Program-made: the position numbers and the translations under genes | Notes under the pieces: generated by a model | The model's input: the letters and a program-made list of their open reading frames with translations, nothing else | What the model was told of the DNA's origin: nothing | Database searches by the model: none | In this document: positions 35,667 to 45,640 of the stretch, piece by piece | Position numbering within the stretch: the stretch's first letter is position 1 | Layout of the letters: every line of letters starts with the position of its first letter | Assembly: GCA_963724765.1 (NCBI GenBank) | Contig: CAVRVY010000001.1 | Coordinates: forward strand, 352,001 to 416,000 | Length of the DNA stretch: 64,000 nt | Direction: 5' to 3' | Source of the DNA: an uncultured delta proteobacterium | GTDB taxonomy: Bacteria > Desulfobacterota > Binatia > Binatales > Binataceae

Positions 35667-37442
35667 TCATCGAGGAAGATCGGGCGTGCACAGATGCGCC
35701 CCGGCCGGTTCGGGGCTCGTCCGGTTATAGAGCGCGAGCTTTTTGCCCTCGCATCCGACGACTGTTGTCGCGGAGCCCAGCAGCGCGCGGACGTGCGCGA
35801 GATCGTTGCGATTGACCACCAGCACGGCGCATCCTGTGCCACGCCAAAGCTGCGCGAGTCCGGCGTCGGTTGCGATAAAGCTCGCGCGCGCGTCGGGGCC
35901 GAGGCCGAACGGCGCCAGTTCTCCGCGATAATCGACCAGGGCCTCCCGATAGCCTGTGTAGAACGGCAGTGACTGGACGAAATGGCGATACGACGCCAGG
36001 CGGCATCCGGGGCCGAGGTACGGCACGATCTCTCGCGCGAGTTTCCGGTACGAACCCAGCGGTTGTGCGTCCATCCGTGCCTTGACCATCACGCCCAGCG
36101 CCATCACGACACCAAGCGCGAGAGCGCCGGCCGCAGCCGCGCGGCTGCGCCCGCGCCATGCGATTGTAAGACATGCGAACGACGCCGCCGTTAGCAGGGC
36201 CATAGCGGCAAGCGCGTCGGCGAGGAGCGTGGACTTTGCCGGCGAAGTGAAATACGCGCATGCGATCGCGAATGCGGCGGTCGCGGCGAGGTTAAGCAAT
36301 GCGAGCGTGCCGAAGAGCCTGCGCAGGCCCGGCACTTCGAGTCGGGGCAGGCGGCACAGAGCATAGCCGGCCAGGATCGCGAGCGGCGGAATCGCGGGCA
36401 GAATGTACGAGCCGAGCTTGGCGCGCGGAATCGAGAAGAAGACCAGGATAATCCCGAACCACCAAAGCATAAAAGACAACGATCCTCGCGCATACGGCCG
36501 ACAGGGCGCCTGCGCGTCATCCTTGCCGGCGCGCGCGCGCATCAGTTCGCGCACGCCCGTCGGCACAAAACAAATCCACGGCCACATCCCGGCTATCACC
36601 ACCACCACGAAAAAGTACGGACCCCATCCATGCTCGGTGTTTTCGAGATAGCGCTCGACATGTTCGTGGATGAAAAAGAAGCGCAAAAATTCCGGATTGC
36701 GCCGCGCCGCGATCACGAACCATGGCGCAGCGATCGCGGCATAGATGGCGATCGCGCCGCGCCACGGCATCCGCGCAATCTCACGCGCGCGCCGCTCACC
36801 GAGCAGCCAGGCGAGCCCGACCGCGCCCGTCAGCACCGGCGCCACCATGCCCTTGGTGAGCGTGCCGGCGGCGACCATCGCCGCCGATAGCAGGAACCAT
36901 CGGCGCCCCGCCGTGCTGTCAAAGCCCGGAGCGCGCGCCGCGGCCCAGAAGGCGCCCAGCGCGGCGGTAATGAAAAGCGCGAGCGCCGGATCGAGTGTCG
37001 CGAAGCGGGCGAAGCCGAAAACCAGCGGAGAGAGCCCCAGCACCATCGCGGCTGCGAGTCCCACCGCCGCCCCGAACATCGCTTCGCCGAGCGCCGCGGT
37101 CACGGCCACTTCTGCCACGCTCGCGAGGGCGGCCGGCAGGCGCACGGCCAACTCGTTGGGGCCGAGGAGTTTTATCGCGAGCGCCTCGGCCCAATAGACC
37201 AGCGGCGGCTTTTCGAAATAGCGCACCCAGTTGTCGCGCGGAGTCACGTAGTCGTGCGCGAGCACCATCTCTCGCGCGATTTCCGCATAGCGTCCCTCGT
37301 CGGGCTCCCACAGCGCGGGACGGCCGAGCGCGGGCAGATAGAGCATCGCCGCGAGAATCGCGCAGACCAGCAGGCGCAGCGGCCGATGGCGCTCGGCCAG
37401 GATCGTGGGTAGCGCGGATGGCGCAGGCGGCGTCGCAGACAT
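35667..37442 (-). CDS. arnT: ArnT-family glycosyltransferase (GT83/PMT_2)
   Basis: PDEGRYAEIAREM, YFEKPPL, LTKG, HVERY and SYILPA. Multiple TM helices. Confidence 0.85.
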   Translation of the reverse strand: MSATPPAPSALPTILAERHRPLRLLVCAILAAMLYLPALGRPALWEPDEGRYAEIAREMVLAHDYVTPRDNWVRYFEKPPLVYWAEALAIKLLGPNELAVRLPAALASVAEVAVTAALGEAMFGAAVGLAAAMVLGLSPLVFGFARFATLDPALALFITAALGAFWAAARAPGFDSTAGRRWFLLSAAMVAAGTLTKGMVAPVLTGAVGLAWLLGERRAREIARMPWRGAIAIYAAIAAPWFVIAARRNPEFLRFFFIHEHVERYLENTEHGWGPYFFVVVVIAGMWPWICFVPTGVRELMRARAGKDDAQAPCRPYARGSLSFMLWWFGIILVFFSIPRAKLGSYILPAIPPLAILAGYALCRLPRLEVPGLRRLFGTLALLNLAATAAFAIACAYFTSPAKSTLLADALAAMALLTAASFACLTIAWRGRSRAAAAGALALGVVMALGVMVKARMDAQPLGSYRKLAREIVPYLGPGCRLASYRHFVQSLPFYTGYREALVDYRGELAPFGLGPDARASFIATDAGLAQLWRGTGCAVLVVNRNDLAHVRALLGSATTVVGCEGKKLALYNRTSPEPAGAHLCTPDLPR

Positions 37443-37526
37443 GATCGCAAGAGTCTGCGGACGAGGGCGCGCGCCGTCAACTGCCCGGCCAACTTGGCTC
37501 GCGCCGGGAGCGAGCGACTTGCGCCG

Positions 37527-38543
37527 CTACGGACCGGGGGCGCGAATCTCGATGCTGCTCACTGGCTGATCCGGTGCGGAATTAGCCTGCGCAGGTTCAT
37601 CCGGCGGCGGCGCCTCGATGCTCGGGGGCTGGCTCGGGGGGCTGGCTTCCCGACTCGCTGTCGTCATCGCAACCGGCATCGCCGAGTTCTCATCGCGAGC
37701 GTCAATCTCGAGCGCCTGCCGGGCGATTTGGAGCCGCAGATTCTGGGACACTGGAATACGCAGCACAAGTTCCCGGCAGACCTCCTGCTCCGAACGTGCC
37801 AGCTCTATGTCGCGCAGTTGCAATAGCGATTCGGCGGAATTTATCAGAATATCCTCGACATCAAGTGCGGGCAAAAAATTCACGTCGTAACGACTGCCAT
37901 GAAATTCTACCAACTGCTCGCCGCCGTGAGTCGATACCATCCTGCCGCGTATACTCACCTGCCAGCCAGAGAGAAGCGCCAGGTAGTACGCCTCATAATG
38001 GAGGACCTCACCGTAAACGACGGCGTCAGCGCCGAGCCATGAGCCGAGCTTCTGCGGGGATATTTTGTTGAGCTTCTCCTCGTCGGTGATCCCGTGCGCG
38101 CTCAGGACCGCGTCGATACCGATCGGATTGAGAACGTAGAATTCGCGCCCGGAGAGATAGCCTACCATCGAGCGGCGCAGGCGTTGCGCGTCGGTCCAGG
38201 CCCATCTCGCGCGCCGCTGCTGGTCGCGGAAGGTCAGTGGGATCTTGTCCACCACGAAGTTCGCGCTCCCGCGATCGGTGAACGGAAGCACCGCGATCCT
38301 GAGCGGGGCGTTGCGTTGATAGTCGGGTGCAATCTTGACCTGCAAGCCGCCGGGATCGAGTTCGACAACCCTGTCGAACCAGGTCTTGCGTCCATGGCTG
38401 TTGAGCCCATACTCCGGTTGAAAGAAAGGCCGCCGTTCTTCCGCCTGCTGACTGACGTTGGAACATCCGGCGAGGCCCACCAGAGCCGCCGAGAAGATGA
38501 GGGAATGCAAAAGGTTGCGCGTCACGACCGCGGCCTCCTTCAC
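37527..38543 (-). CDS. Lipoprotein, DUF799/GNA1162-like
   Basis: Lipobox LAGC, RIAVLPF and LGADAVVYGEV. Confidence 0.75.
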   Translation of the reverse strand: MKEAAVVTRNLLHSLIFSAALVGLAGCSNVSQQAEERRPFFQPEYGLNSHGRKTWFDRVVELDPGGLQVKIAPDYQRNAPLRIAVLPFTDRGSANFVVDKIPLTFRDQQRRARWAWTDAQRLRRSMVGYLSGREFYVLNPIGIDAVLSAHGITDEEKLNKISPQKLGSWLGADAVVYGEVLHYEAYYLALLSGWQVSIRGRMVSTHGGEQLVEFHGSRYDVNFLPALDVEDILINSAESLLQLRDIELARSEQEVCRELVLRIPVSQNLRLQIARQALEIDARDENSAMPVAMTTASREASPPSQPPSIEAPPPDEPAQANSAPDQPVSSIEIRAPGP

Positions 38544-38760
38544 TCCCCCACATTGCAGAAGCGCAATTACGACGCGCCAAGGGCTGCAAAAAGCATGCTG
38601 GGAAGCGTCCGCCGGAAATCGTTGAGAAAATGCGCCTCTTTCCGTGGATTCTCCGGCGCGGTATCGTCTTTAAGTTCGCGGGGTCGTCTGTAACAATTGC
38701 GGCGGGATCCGGTCGTTTCATGGGCCGGGACGGTCCGCGCTGCGTTTTTTGCGGGAAGAT

Positions 38761-39768
38761 TTGAGCTCAGCCGAAAAAATAACCGCGATTCGCGAGCCGA
38801 GGACGGCGGCGGATAAGTCGCTCGTGTCGGTCGTGGTTCCGGTTTACAACGAGGCTGCCAATCTGCGCGCGCTGTGGGCGCGGCTGGAGCCGGTGCTGCG
38901 CGCCTGCGGACGGCCGTGGGAGGTCCTGTTCGTCGACGACGGCTCGGCCGACCAATCGCTCGACATCCTGCGCGAGATTGCCGCGCCCGCACATGGCGCG
39001 GTGCGCGTGATCGAACTGGCGCGCAACTTCGGCCAGCACTCGGCCATCCTGGCCGGCTTTCGCCAGTGCCGTGGCGAAATTGTGGTGACGCTCGACGCCG
39101 ACCTGCAGAACCCGCCCGAGGAAATTCCGCGCCTGCTCGCCGCAATCGATGACGGCAACGACGTGGTCGGTGGATGGCGCGAGGTGCGCCACGACTTCGC
39201 CTATCGCCGCTTCGCCTCGAACCTGCAAAACCGGGTGACCTCGATGATCGTGGGCGTGCCGATGCACGACTACGGATGCATGCTGCGCGCCTATCGCCGC
39301 CACATCGTTGACACCGTGGTCGCCTGCGACGAGAAGGCGGCCTTCGTTCCGGCGCTGGCCAACTCGTTCGCCAAGCGCGTGGCCGAGATACCGGTCGGCC
39401 ACGAGGAGCGCCAGAGCGGCAGCTCCAAGTACAACCTGTTCCGCCTCGCGCATCTGAGCCTCAACCTCATCACCGGCTTCTCGCTGATGCCGATCCAGGC
39501 GGTGAGCGTTGCCGGGATCCTCGTGTTCGTGCTCGACGCGCTGTTGGTATTAGTGCTTCTCGCCCATCGCATCCTCTACGGTCCGCAACAGGAAGGCGCG
39601 CTCTGGACGTTGTTCGCGTTGAACTTCCTGGTGCTGGGCTTCGTCCTGCTCGCCGTGGGGCTGATCGGCGAGTACATCGGGCGCATTTACCTGGAGGTGC
39701 GCCGCCGCCCGACCTATATCGTGCGCGCCGTGCATGGCGACGAACCCGATTCGCTGGAGCGTCGCTGA
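38761..39768 (+). CDS. arnC: Undecaprenyl-phosphate Ara4FN transferase-like GT2
   Basis: VVPVYNE, VDDGS, RNFGQHSA, LDADLQNPPEEIP, DYGCMLRAY and GEYIGRIY. Two C-terminal TMs. Confidence 0.88.
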   Translation: MSSAEKITAIREPRTAADKSLVSVVVPVYNEAANLRALWARLEPVLRACGRPWEVLFVDDGSADQSLDILREIAAPAHGAVRVIELARNFGQHSAILAGFRQCRGEIVVTLDADLQNPPEEIPRLLAAIDDGNDVVGGWREVRHDFAYRRFASNLQNRVTSMIVGVPMHDYGCMLRAYRRHIVDTVVACDEKAAFVPALANSFAKRVAEIPVGHEERQSGSSKYNLFRLAHLSLNLITGFSLMPIQAVSVAGILVFVLDALLVLVLLAHRILYGPQQEGALWTLFALNFLVLGFVLLAVGLIGEYIGRIYLEVRRRPTYIVRAVHGDEPDSLERR

Positions 39769-39775
39769 AGAAAAC

Positions 39776-40774
39776 GTGGCCGCCGAAAATCCTCACGCGA
39801 TCGCCCCGCAGCCGAGCGCTGCGCGATGCCTGCTGTTCGCCTACCACGAGATGGGCTACGGATGCATGGAGGCGCTGCTGAAGATGGGCGTGCCGGTGGC
39901 GGCGCTGTTCACGCATGAAGATGATTCGCACGAGGAAATCTGGTGGCGCTCGTGTTTCGACCTGGCGCGCCGCCATGGCGTGCCGATCCACACGCCGGAG
40001 CGCCTCGACGAGCCGTGGATCGAGCGGGTCGCGGCGATGCGCCCAGCGATCATCTATTCGTTTTACTATCGCAACCTGCTGCCCGACGCGTTGCTGCGCA
40101 CGGCGCCGCTCGGCGCGTACAACCTGCACGGCTCGCTGCTGCCGGCCTATCGCGGCCGCGCGCCGGTCAACTGGATGCTGGTCAATGGCGAGCGCGAGGC
40201 AGGAGTGACACTGCATCACATGGTCGCGCGCTCCGACGCCGGCGATATCGTGGGGCAGCGCGCAGTCGCGATCGACGACAGCGACACAGCGCTGACGCTG
40301 TACCGCAAGCTGGTGCCGGCGGGCGTCGCGCTGCTGACCGATATGCATCCGCTGATCGCGGCCGGACGCGCGCCACGCCGCCCGCAGGATCTTTCGCGCG
40401 GCAGCTACTTCGGGCGGCGCCGACCCGAGGACGGGCGAATCGATTGGCGATGGCCGGCGCGGCGCATCTTCAACCTCGTGCGCGCTGTGACGCATCCTTA
40501 CCCGGGTGCGTTCTGCTCGTTCGGCGGGCGCAAGCTCTTCGTATGGGAAAGCAGGATCGCCGCCGAAGCGGGGCGGCGCGGCGCTCCGGGCGAGATCGTC
40601 GAGATCGTGTCGACGGCCGGCGGCGGCGCGGTTGAAGTTGCGGCGGGCGAGGGCAGTCTGTTAATCGCGCGGGCGCAGTTCGACGGCGTGCCGGAGGGCG
40701 CGGCGGCTGAAATTTTGTCTGGGGTTTTGTCCGAAGTTTCGCACGGCGCCGGAACGCGTGCGCGACTGGAATAG
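39776..40774 (+). CDS. UDP-Ara4N formyltransferase (stand-alone ArnA N-terminal domain)
   Basis: FAYHEMG, FTHED, SFYYR, NLHGSLLP.YRGRAPVNW, RRPEDG and RAVTHPYPGAF. Confidence 0.9.
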   Translation: MAAENPHAIAPQPSAARCLLFAYHEMGYGCMEALLKMGVPVAALFTHEDDSHEEIWWRSCFDLARRHGVPIHTPERLDEPWIERVAAMRPAIIYSFYYRNLLPDALLRTAPLGAYNLHGSLLPAYRGRAPVNWMLVNGEREAGVTLHHMVARSDAGDIVGQRAVAIDDSDTALTLYRKLVPAGVALLTDMHPLIAAGRAPRRPQDLSRGSYFGRRRPEDGRIDWRWPARRIFNLVRAVTHPYPGAFCSFGGRKLFVWESRIAAEAGRRGAPGEIVEIVSTAGGGAVEVAAGEGSLLIARAQFDGVPEGAAAEILSGVLSEVSHGAGTRARLE

Positions 40775-40784
40775 CGGAGGCAGC

Positions 40785-41750
40785 ATGCGGGTTCTGATTA
40801 CGGGCGGCGCGGGCTTTTTGGGCTCGCATCTGAGCGACGCGTTCATCGCGCGCGGCGATGAGGTTTTCGTGCTCGACACCGGCGCGATCGCCAAGGTGCG
40901 CCACCTCCTCGACAATTCGCGCTTCCATTACGTCCACGACACGGTCTTCAACCTGGAGCTTATTGATAGCCTGGTGTCCAAGGCCGACCTCATCTACCAT
41001 CTCGCCGCCGTGGTGGGCGTCGAGCACTATGTCGGCGACCCTTACGAGACGCTCAACGTCAACGTCAACGGCACGCAGAACGTACTGAAAGCGGCCTACA
41101 AGCACGGGCGGCGCCTGGTCTTCAGCTCGACCTCTGAGGTCTACGGACGCAATCCCAAGGTGCCGTGGAAAGAGGATGACGACCGCGTGCTGGGCGCGAC
41201 CACGATCGATCGCTGGTGCTACTCGACCTCTAAAGCGGTGGGTGAGCATTTCTGCTTCGCCTACCACAAGCTCGGCCAGCCGGTGACGGTGGTGCGTTAC
41301 TTCAACATCTATGGACCGCGGCTGGATCGGGTCGACGTCGGCCGCCTGTTCACGATTTTCATGGGCCAGTTGCTGCGCGGCGCCGACCTCACCGTGATCG
41401 GCGACGGCAAGCAGACGCGATGCTTCACTTACGTCACCGACGCGGTCGCCGCGACGGTTGCGGCCGGGATCAATCCCGCGGCCGACGGCCAGGCGATCAA
41501 TATCGGCACCGACGTCGAGACCACGGTGCTGGAATTCGCCAATCTGATGATCGAGCTTTACGGGACGACCAAGTCGAAAATCAAATTCGTCAGCCAGTCC
41601 GACGTCTATGGCCAGAGCTACGAGGACATTCCGCGCCGCGTGCCCGACAACACTAAGATGCGAACGCTGCTGGGCATCACGCCGAAAGTTTCGCTACGCG
41701 AGGGCACGGCGCTGGCGATGGACTGGTTTCGCCGCGAACTGGCCGGCTGA
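40785..41750 (+). CDS. NAD-dependent epimerase/dehydratase (UDP-glucuronate decarboxylase / ArnA C-terminal-like)
   Basis: GGAGFLG, STSEVYG, RWCYSTSK (YxxxK), FNIYGPR and YEDIPRRVP. Confidence 0.88.
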   Translation: MRVLITGGAGFLGSHLSDAFIARGDEVFVLDTGAIAKVRHLLDNSRFHYVHDTVFNLELIDSLVSKADLIYHLAAVVGVEHYVGDPYETLNVNVNGTQNVLKAAYKHGRRLVFSSTSEVYGRNPKVPWKEDDDRVLGATTIDRWCYSTSKAVGEHFCFAYHKLGQPVTVVRYFNIYGPRLDRVDVGRLFTIFMGQLLRGADLTVIGDGKQTRCFTYVTDAVAATVAAGINPAADGQAINIGTDVETTVLEFANLMIELYGTTKSKIKFVSQSDVYGQSYEDIPRRVPDNTKMRTLLGITPKVSLREGTALAMDWFRRELAG

Positions 41751-41760
41751 TTTCCCGCTC

Positions 41761-42426
41761 TTACAGCTTGCGCGCGATCGTCAGGCCATCCGAGATCGGC
41801 AGCATCACGAGTTCCACCCGCTTGTCGGTCACCGCGAAATCATTGAAGGCGCGGATCGCCCTGGTATCGTCGGTCTGATCCTTTTCATCGAGCACTGCCC
41901 CGTCCCAGAGTACGTTGTCGACCAGGATCAAACCGCCCGCGCGCGTGCGGCGTAGCACTTCCTCGTAGTAGTGGCGATAGTTGGTCTTGTCGGCATCGAT
42001 AAAGGCGAAATCGAAATCCGCGCCGGAGGGCAACGCGCGTAGCGTATCGAGCGCCGGGGCAAGCTTGAGCGTTATCCTGCCGGCGACGCCGGCCCTCTCC
42101 CAGTAGCGCCGCGCGATCGCGGTCCACTCTTCGCTCACGTCGCAGCAGAGCAGGCTGCCGTCGGCGGCGAGGCCGCGGGCGATACAAATCGCGCTATAGC
42201 CGGTAAATGTGCCGACCTCGATCGCGCGCCGCGCGCCGATCGCTCGCACGAGCATCGTCATGAAGCTCCCCTGCTCGGGCGCGATCTGCATCCCGGCCCG
42301 CCGCCCCAGCTTCTCTTGGGTCTCCCGCACCAGCTCGCGCAGCACCGGCTCATGGTTGTGTCCGCGGGCGAGCAGGTAGTCGTAAAGCTTATCGTCGAGG
42401 GTGATAAATTTTCCGCTTGGCGTCAT
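41761..42426 (-). CDS. Caffeoyl-CoA-type O-methyltransferase (family 3)
   Basis: MQIAPEQG, EVGTFTGYS, FIDADK, DNVLW and DGLT. Confidence 0.92.
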   Translation of the reverse strand: MTPSGKFITLDDKLYDYLLARGHNHEPVLRELVRETQEKLGRRAGMQIAPEQGSFMTMLVRAIGARRAIEVGTFTGYSAICIARGLAADGSLLCCDVSEEWTAIARRYWERAGVAGRITLKLAPALDTLRALPSGADFDFAFIDADKTNYRHYYEEVLRRTRAGGLILVDNVLWDGAVLDEKDQTDDTRAIRAFNDFAVTDKRVELVMLPISDGLTIARKL

Positions 42427-42502
42427 GGCGCGATTTTAGCACCAGAGGCCTGCGATCGCATCGCGAGCGGCGTGGCGCCGGGGACCCGCGCAGCGCGGCC
42501 GG

Positions 42503-42982
42503 TTACAAACCCATCGCGTCGAGTTCGCGCCGGATGCGTTCAAGATGGGTCGCGCCCCAGTAGACCCGGCCGCATCGCGGGCAGCGTGAGAAGTGCTCCT
42601 GGCTCGCATAGACGAAGGGCGGCACGCGGCGCACGACGGTGTCGCGGCCGGCCTCGGCGAGCGGTTCGTTGCAGTGCGAGCATCGCGTGAAAGCTCCGCG
42701 GCGGGGATCGAACGGAAAGCGCGCAAGGACTTCACGAAGCTGATCGCGGAACAGGTTGCCTTTGACATAGAGCGCGTCGGATGCGGTGCGCAGACGCTTG
42801 TCGCGCGTCAGCGTGACGCGGCCCTCGGCGCGCGCCCGTCCAAGCAGCTTGTCACCGCCCAGCGACGGGTCGAAGAGCACGTCGGCGCCGAGCAGCCGAA
42901 GCCATCGCGCCAGGCGCGCGAGCATCCGGTCGGCAGCGAATTTCGGCGCCGATCGCGCATCGGATTTGAACAATTCGTTCAT
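42503..42982 (-). CDS. Mut7-C RNase (PIN-like) domain protein
   Basis: DRMLARLARWLRLLG, LTRD, RCSHCN and CPRCGRVYWGATH. Confidence 0.88.
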   Translation of the reverse strand: MNELFKSDARSAPKFAADRMLARLARWLRLLGADVLFDPSLGGDKLLGRARAEGRVTLTRDKRLRTASDALYVKGNLFRDQLREVLARFPFDPRRGAFTRCSHCNEPLAEAGRDTVVRRVPPFVYASQEHFSRCPRCGRVYWGATHLERIRRELDAMGL

Positions 42983-43117
42983 CGCACGCCGATGTAGTAT
43001 AGCAGGGCGTCACAGCAGCACGGCGGCGGGCTACAGCATTCAGCGTACTTAAAGTGACACTTAAAGCTGTCGAAGAGCCGAAACTTCGAGGAAAGGATTA
43101 ATGCGAGGAAAGGTTCA

Positions 43118-43750
43118 ATGAAGGAAGAGCGGGTCACGTTCAAATCCGGCGAGCTCAAACTGGAAGGAATGATCGCAGTCCCTGACGGCGCCAGGCCGCA
43201 TCGCGCGGCCGTCGTATGCCATCCGCATCCGCTCTATGGCGGCTCGATGTACAACAACGTGGTCGACGCCGTGATCGAGGCGCTGCACGCGCGCGGCTTT
43301 GCCACTTTGCGCTTTAACTTTCGCGGCGTCGGTCAGAGCGAAGGCGAGTTCGACAACGGCAAGGGCGAGGCCGACGACGCTGTCGCGGCGATCCGGTTTC
43401 TTACCGCGCAAAAGAGAGTGAGCGCCGACGGCGCGGTGCTTGCCGGGTACTCGTTCGGCGCGATGACGGCGGTGAGGGCAGCGGCGAGCGTGGAGGAGGT
43501 CGCGGCGATCGTGACGGTTGCGTTGCCGCTCGGAATGATCAATCCGTCGGCGCTCGGCACGATTGCCAAACCTATCGTGCTGCTCGCCGGCGATCAGGAT
43601 TCGTATTGTCCGGCGAACCATCTGGCGGCGCTGGCCGGGCGGCTGGGACCTTCGGCACGGCTCAAGATCATTTCCGGCGCCGATCATTTTTTCGGCGGCC
43701 GCGAGCGCGAGATCACCGTCGCGTTAGTCGACGAGCTCGCGGCGCTTTAG
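43118..43750 (+). CDS. Alpha/beta superfamily hydrolase
   Basis: CHPHPLYGGSM, RFNFRGVG.SEG, GYSFGA and ADHFF. Confidence 0.9.
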   Translation: MKEERVTFKSGELKLEGMIAVPDGARPHRAAVVCHPHPLYGGSMYNNVVDAVIEALHARGFATLRFNFRGVGQSEGEFDNGKGEADDAVAAIRFLTAQKRVSADGAVLAGYSFGAMTAVRAAASVEEVAAIVTVALPLGMINPSALGTIAKPIVLLAGDQDSYCPANHLAALAGRLGPSARLKIISGADHFFGGREREITVALVDELAAL

Positions 43751-43798
43751 CGGGCGCCGCGGCGATTTCGATCGGCTTTCAGCGGGAGGGGAAGGTAC

Positions 43799-44377
43799 GT
43801 GCCCGAAGAAATTGAGGTCGATACCGACAAGCTCCACGAAGAGATTCACGAAGAGCTGGAGCGCGAGGGCGGCTCGCTGCTCAGGGCGATCGCGCTGACC
43901 ACGGCGCTGTTTGCGGCCCTGGCGGCGGTGGCCGCATTGCGTGCGGGCGGAACGGTCAACGAGGCGCTGGTGATGAAGACCGAGGCGACCAGGCTCCAGG
44001 CCGAGGCTTCCGACCAATGGGCGGCCTACCAGGCCAAGGGGATCAAGTCCGCAATCCAGCACGCGTCGGAGACGGCCTGGCTCGCGCTTGGCAAACAGCC
44101 GCCCGCGTGGTTCAGCGAAGAGCGTCAGCGTTACGCGCGCGAACAAGCTGACCTCGCGCGGGTGGCCCACGACAAGGAGCGTGAGCGCGACCGCAAGTCA
44201 GCCGAGGCCGACCATCTGATGCATCAGCATCACCGGTTCGCCAACAGCGTCGCGCTGTTCCAGGTGGCGATTGCGCTTGGCGCCGTGGCGGCGCTCACCC
44301 GGGTGCGGTTGGTCTGGTATGGTTCGATGGCGGTTGGAGTCTGCGGAGCCGCGCTTTTTCTCTCGACCATATTGTGA
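43799..44377 (+). CDS. DUF4337 family membrane protein
   Basis: IALTTA, ASDQWAAYQAKGIK and FQVAIAL. Three TM segments. Confidence 0.8.
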   Translation: MPEEIEVDTDKLHEEIHEELEREGGSLLRAIALTTALFAALAAVAALRAGGTVNEALVMKTEATRLQAEASDQWAAYQAKGIKSAIQHASETAWLALGKQPPAWFSEERQRYAREQADLARVAHDKERERDRKSAEADHLMHQHHRFANSVALFQVAIALGAVAALTRVRLVWYGSMAVGVCGAALFLSTIL

Positions 44378-44475
44378 TGAATAACCGACCGGCGGCTCGG
44401 CTTGCCGCGCCATATCTGGCGGGATGATCCGTGACCGACGGAGAATTGTATTTAACGAACTTGAGACTCAGCACA

Positions 44476-45636
44476 CTAACGCGCCACGCTCGACGCAGGT
44501 GCCGGAGAGCGCGCGGCGTTGGACGTCGATTGCGGTGTGTCGGCCTGCGCTGCGGCGCGAAGTGGACCGACGCGGGTCGCCCGCTCGATCGGATTGAAGG
44601 GATTGTCCCGGTCCGACTCGGCCAGCGCGATTATCGCCTTGATGGTGTCGTGCAGGTTGCCGCCGTAGATGTGATCGAGTTTGGCGAAACTGTCGAGATC
44701 GTGAAAATAGATCAGGTAGTTGATCAGTACCGCGTTATTGAGCGGTTCCTTGTCGAGATCGAAGCGTTCCAGTCCCGACAGGTGCGGCTTGAGTTGCGCG
44801 TAGTCGGCGTTGATGCTGGCGAAGATCGTCACCCGGCGCTTTAAAATCTCAGCGTGCGGGAGCCCGCTTTGGTAAAGCTCGACCAGGCGCGCCGCTTCGT
44901 CATTCAAAAAGTGCGCAAACTTCAGATCGGCGTCGAGCACCCCGCGCGCGGCCTCGGCGTTGGCGGAGCCGCGCCCCTCGGTCGCCTCGAAGAATTTGAC
45001 CGCGCCCGCGCTGCCGACGTAGGTCGCCGCCGATTCGTCAAACATCACGTCGCTCGCCAGGAAGTAGGTGCGATGGAACAGTTCGTGGATGATCACGCCG
45101 CCCAGCTCGACGCCGCTAAGGCGCAGCAGGTTGGAGAGCAGCGGGTCGTTGAAAAATCCGAGGCTCGAGAATGCCACCGCCGGCCGCACCATCGTGTCAT
45201 ACCCGCGCTCCTCCATCTCGGCGGCCTCGGCGTCGGCGTGATCCTTGTTGAAGTAGCCGCGGTAGGGGATTCTGCCGACGATCGGGAACCACCAGGTGTA
45301 GGGCTCGAGCGAGTCGCGCGGCGCCGCCATCACCACCCAGGCAATCGCTCCCTTATCGACCGCGGAGATGCTGGTGTAAGCGCGGCCGACATTCAGCCCA
45401 AGGCTGTCACTGGCGAACTCGCGCACCTTGAGCACGGTTTCCAGGCGCGCACGGACTGCGGGCGGCAAATCGCCGCGTGCGAGCACCGTGTCAATCGACT
45501 TTCGGCGCCACAGCAGGAGACCTTCCTCATAGGCCGCGCGCGCGATGTACCCCGCTTCGCATCCGGCCAGCGTGACGGCGCTCACGGCCAATATGATCGC
45601 GAGGGCAAACGTGCGCATTGCCATCGACGGCGCCAA
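44476..45636 (-). CDS. Putative zinc aminopeptidase lipoprotein (Aminopep family)
   Basis: Lipobox LAGC, WWFPIVG.IPYRGYF, AFSSLGFFNDP, HELFH (HExxH) and LNNA. Confidence 0.85.
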   Translation of the reverse strand: MAPSMAMRTFALAIILAVSAVTLAGCEAGYIARAAYEEGLLLWRRKSIDTVLARGDLPPAVRARLETVLKVREFASDSLGLNVGRAYTSISAVDKGAIAWVVMAAPRDSLEPYTWWFPIVGRIPYRGYFNKDHADAEAAEMEERGYDTMVRPAVAFSSLGFFNDPLLSNLLRLSGVELGGVIIHELFHRTYFLASDVMFDESAATYVGSAGAVKFFEATEGRGSANAEAARGVLDADLKFAHFLNDEAARLVELYQSGLPHAEILKRRVTIFASINADYAQLKPHLSGLERFDLDKEPLNNAVLINYLIYFHDLDSFAKLDHIYGGNLHDTIKAIIALAESDRDNPFNPIERATRVGPLRAAAQADTPQSTSNAARSPAPASSVAR

Positions 45637-45640
45637 GGTA

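Noticed and set aside
42503-42982. Mut7-C/PIN protein as a toxin-antitoxin toxin
   Set aside because: No adjacent antitoxin-like ORF; stand-alone Mut7-C genes are common.
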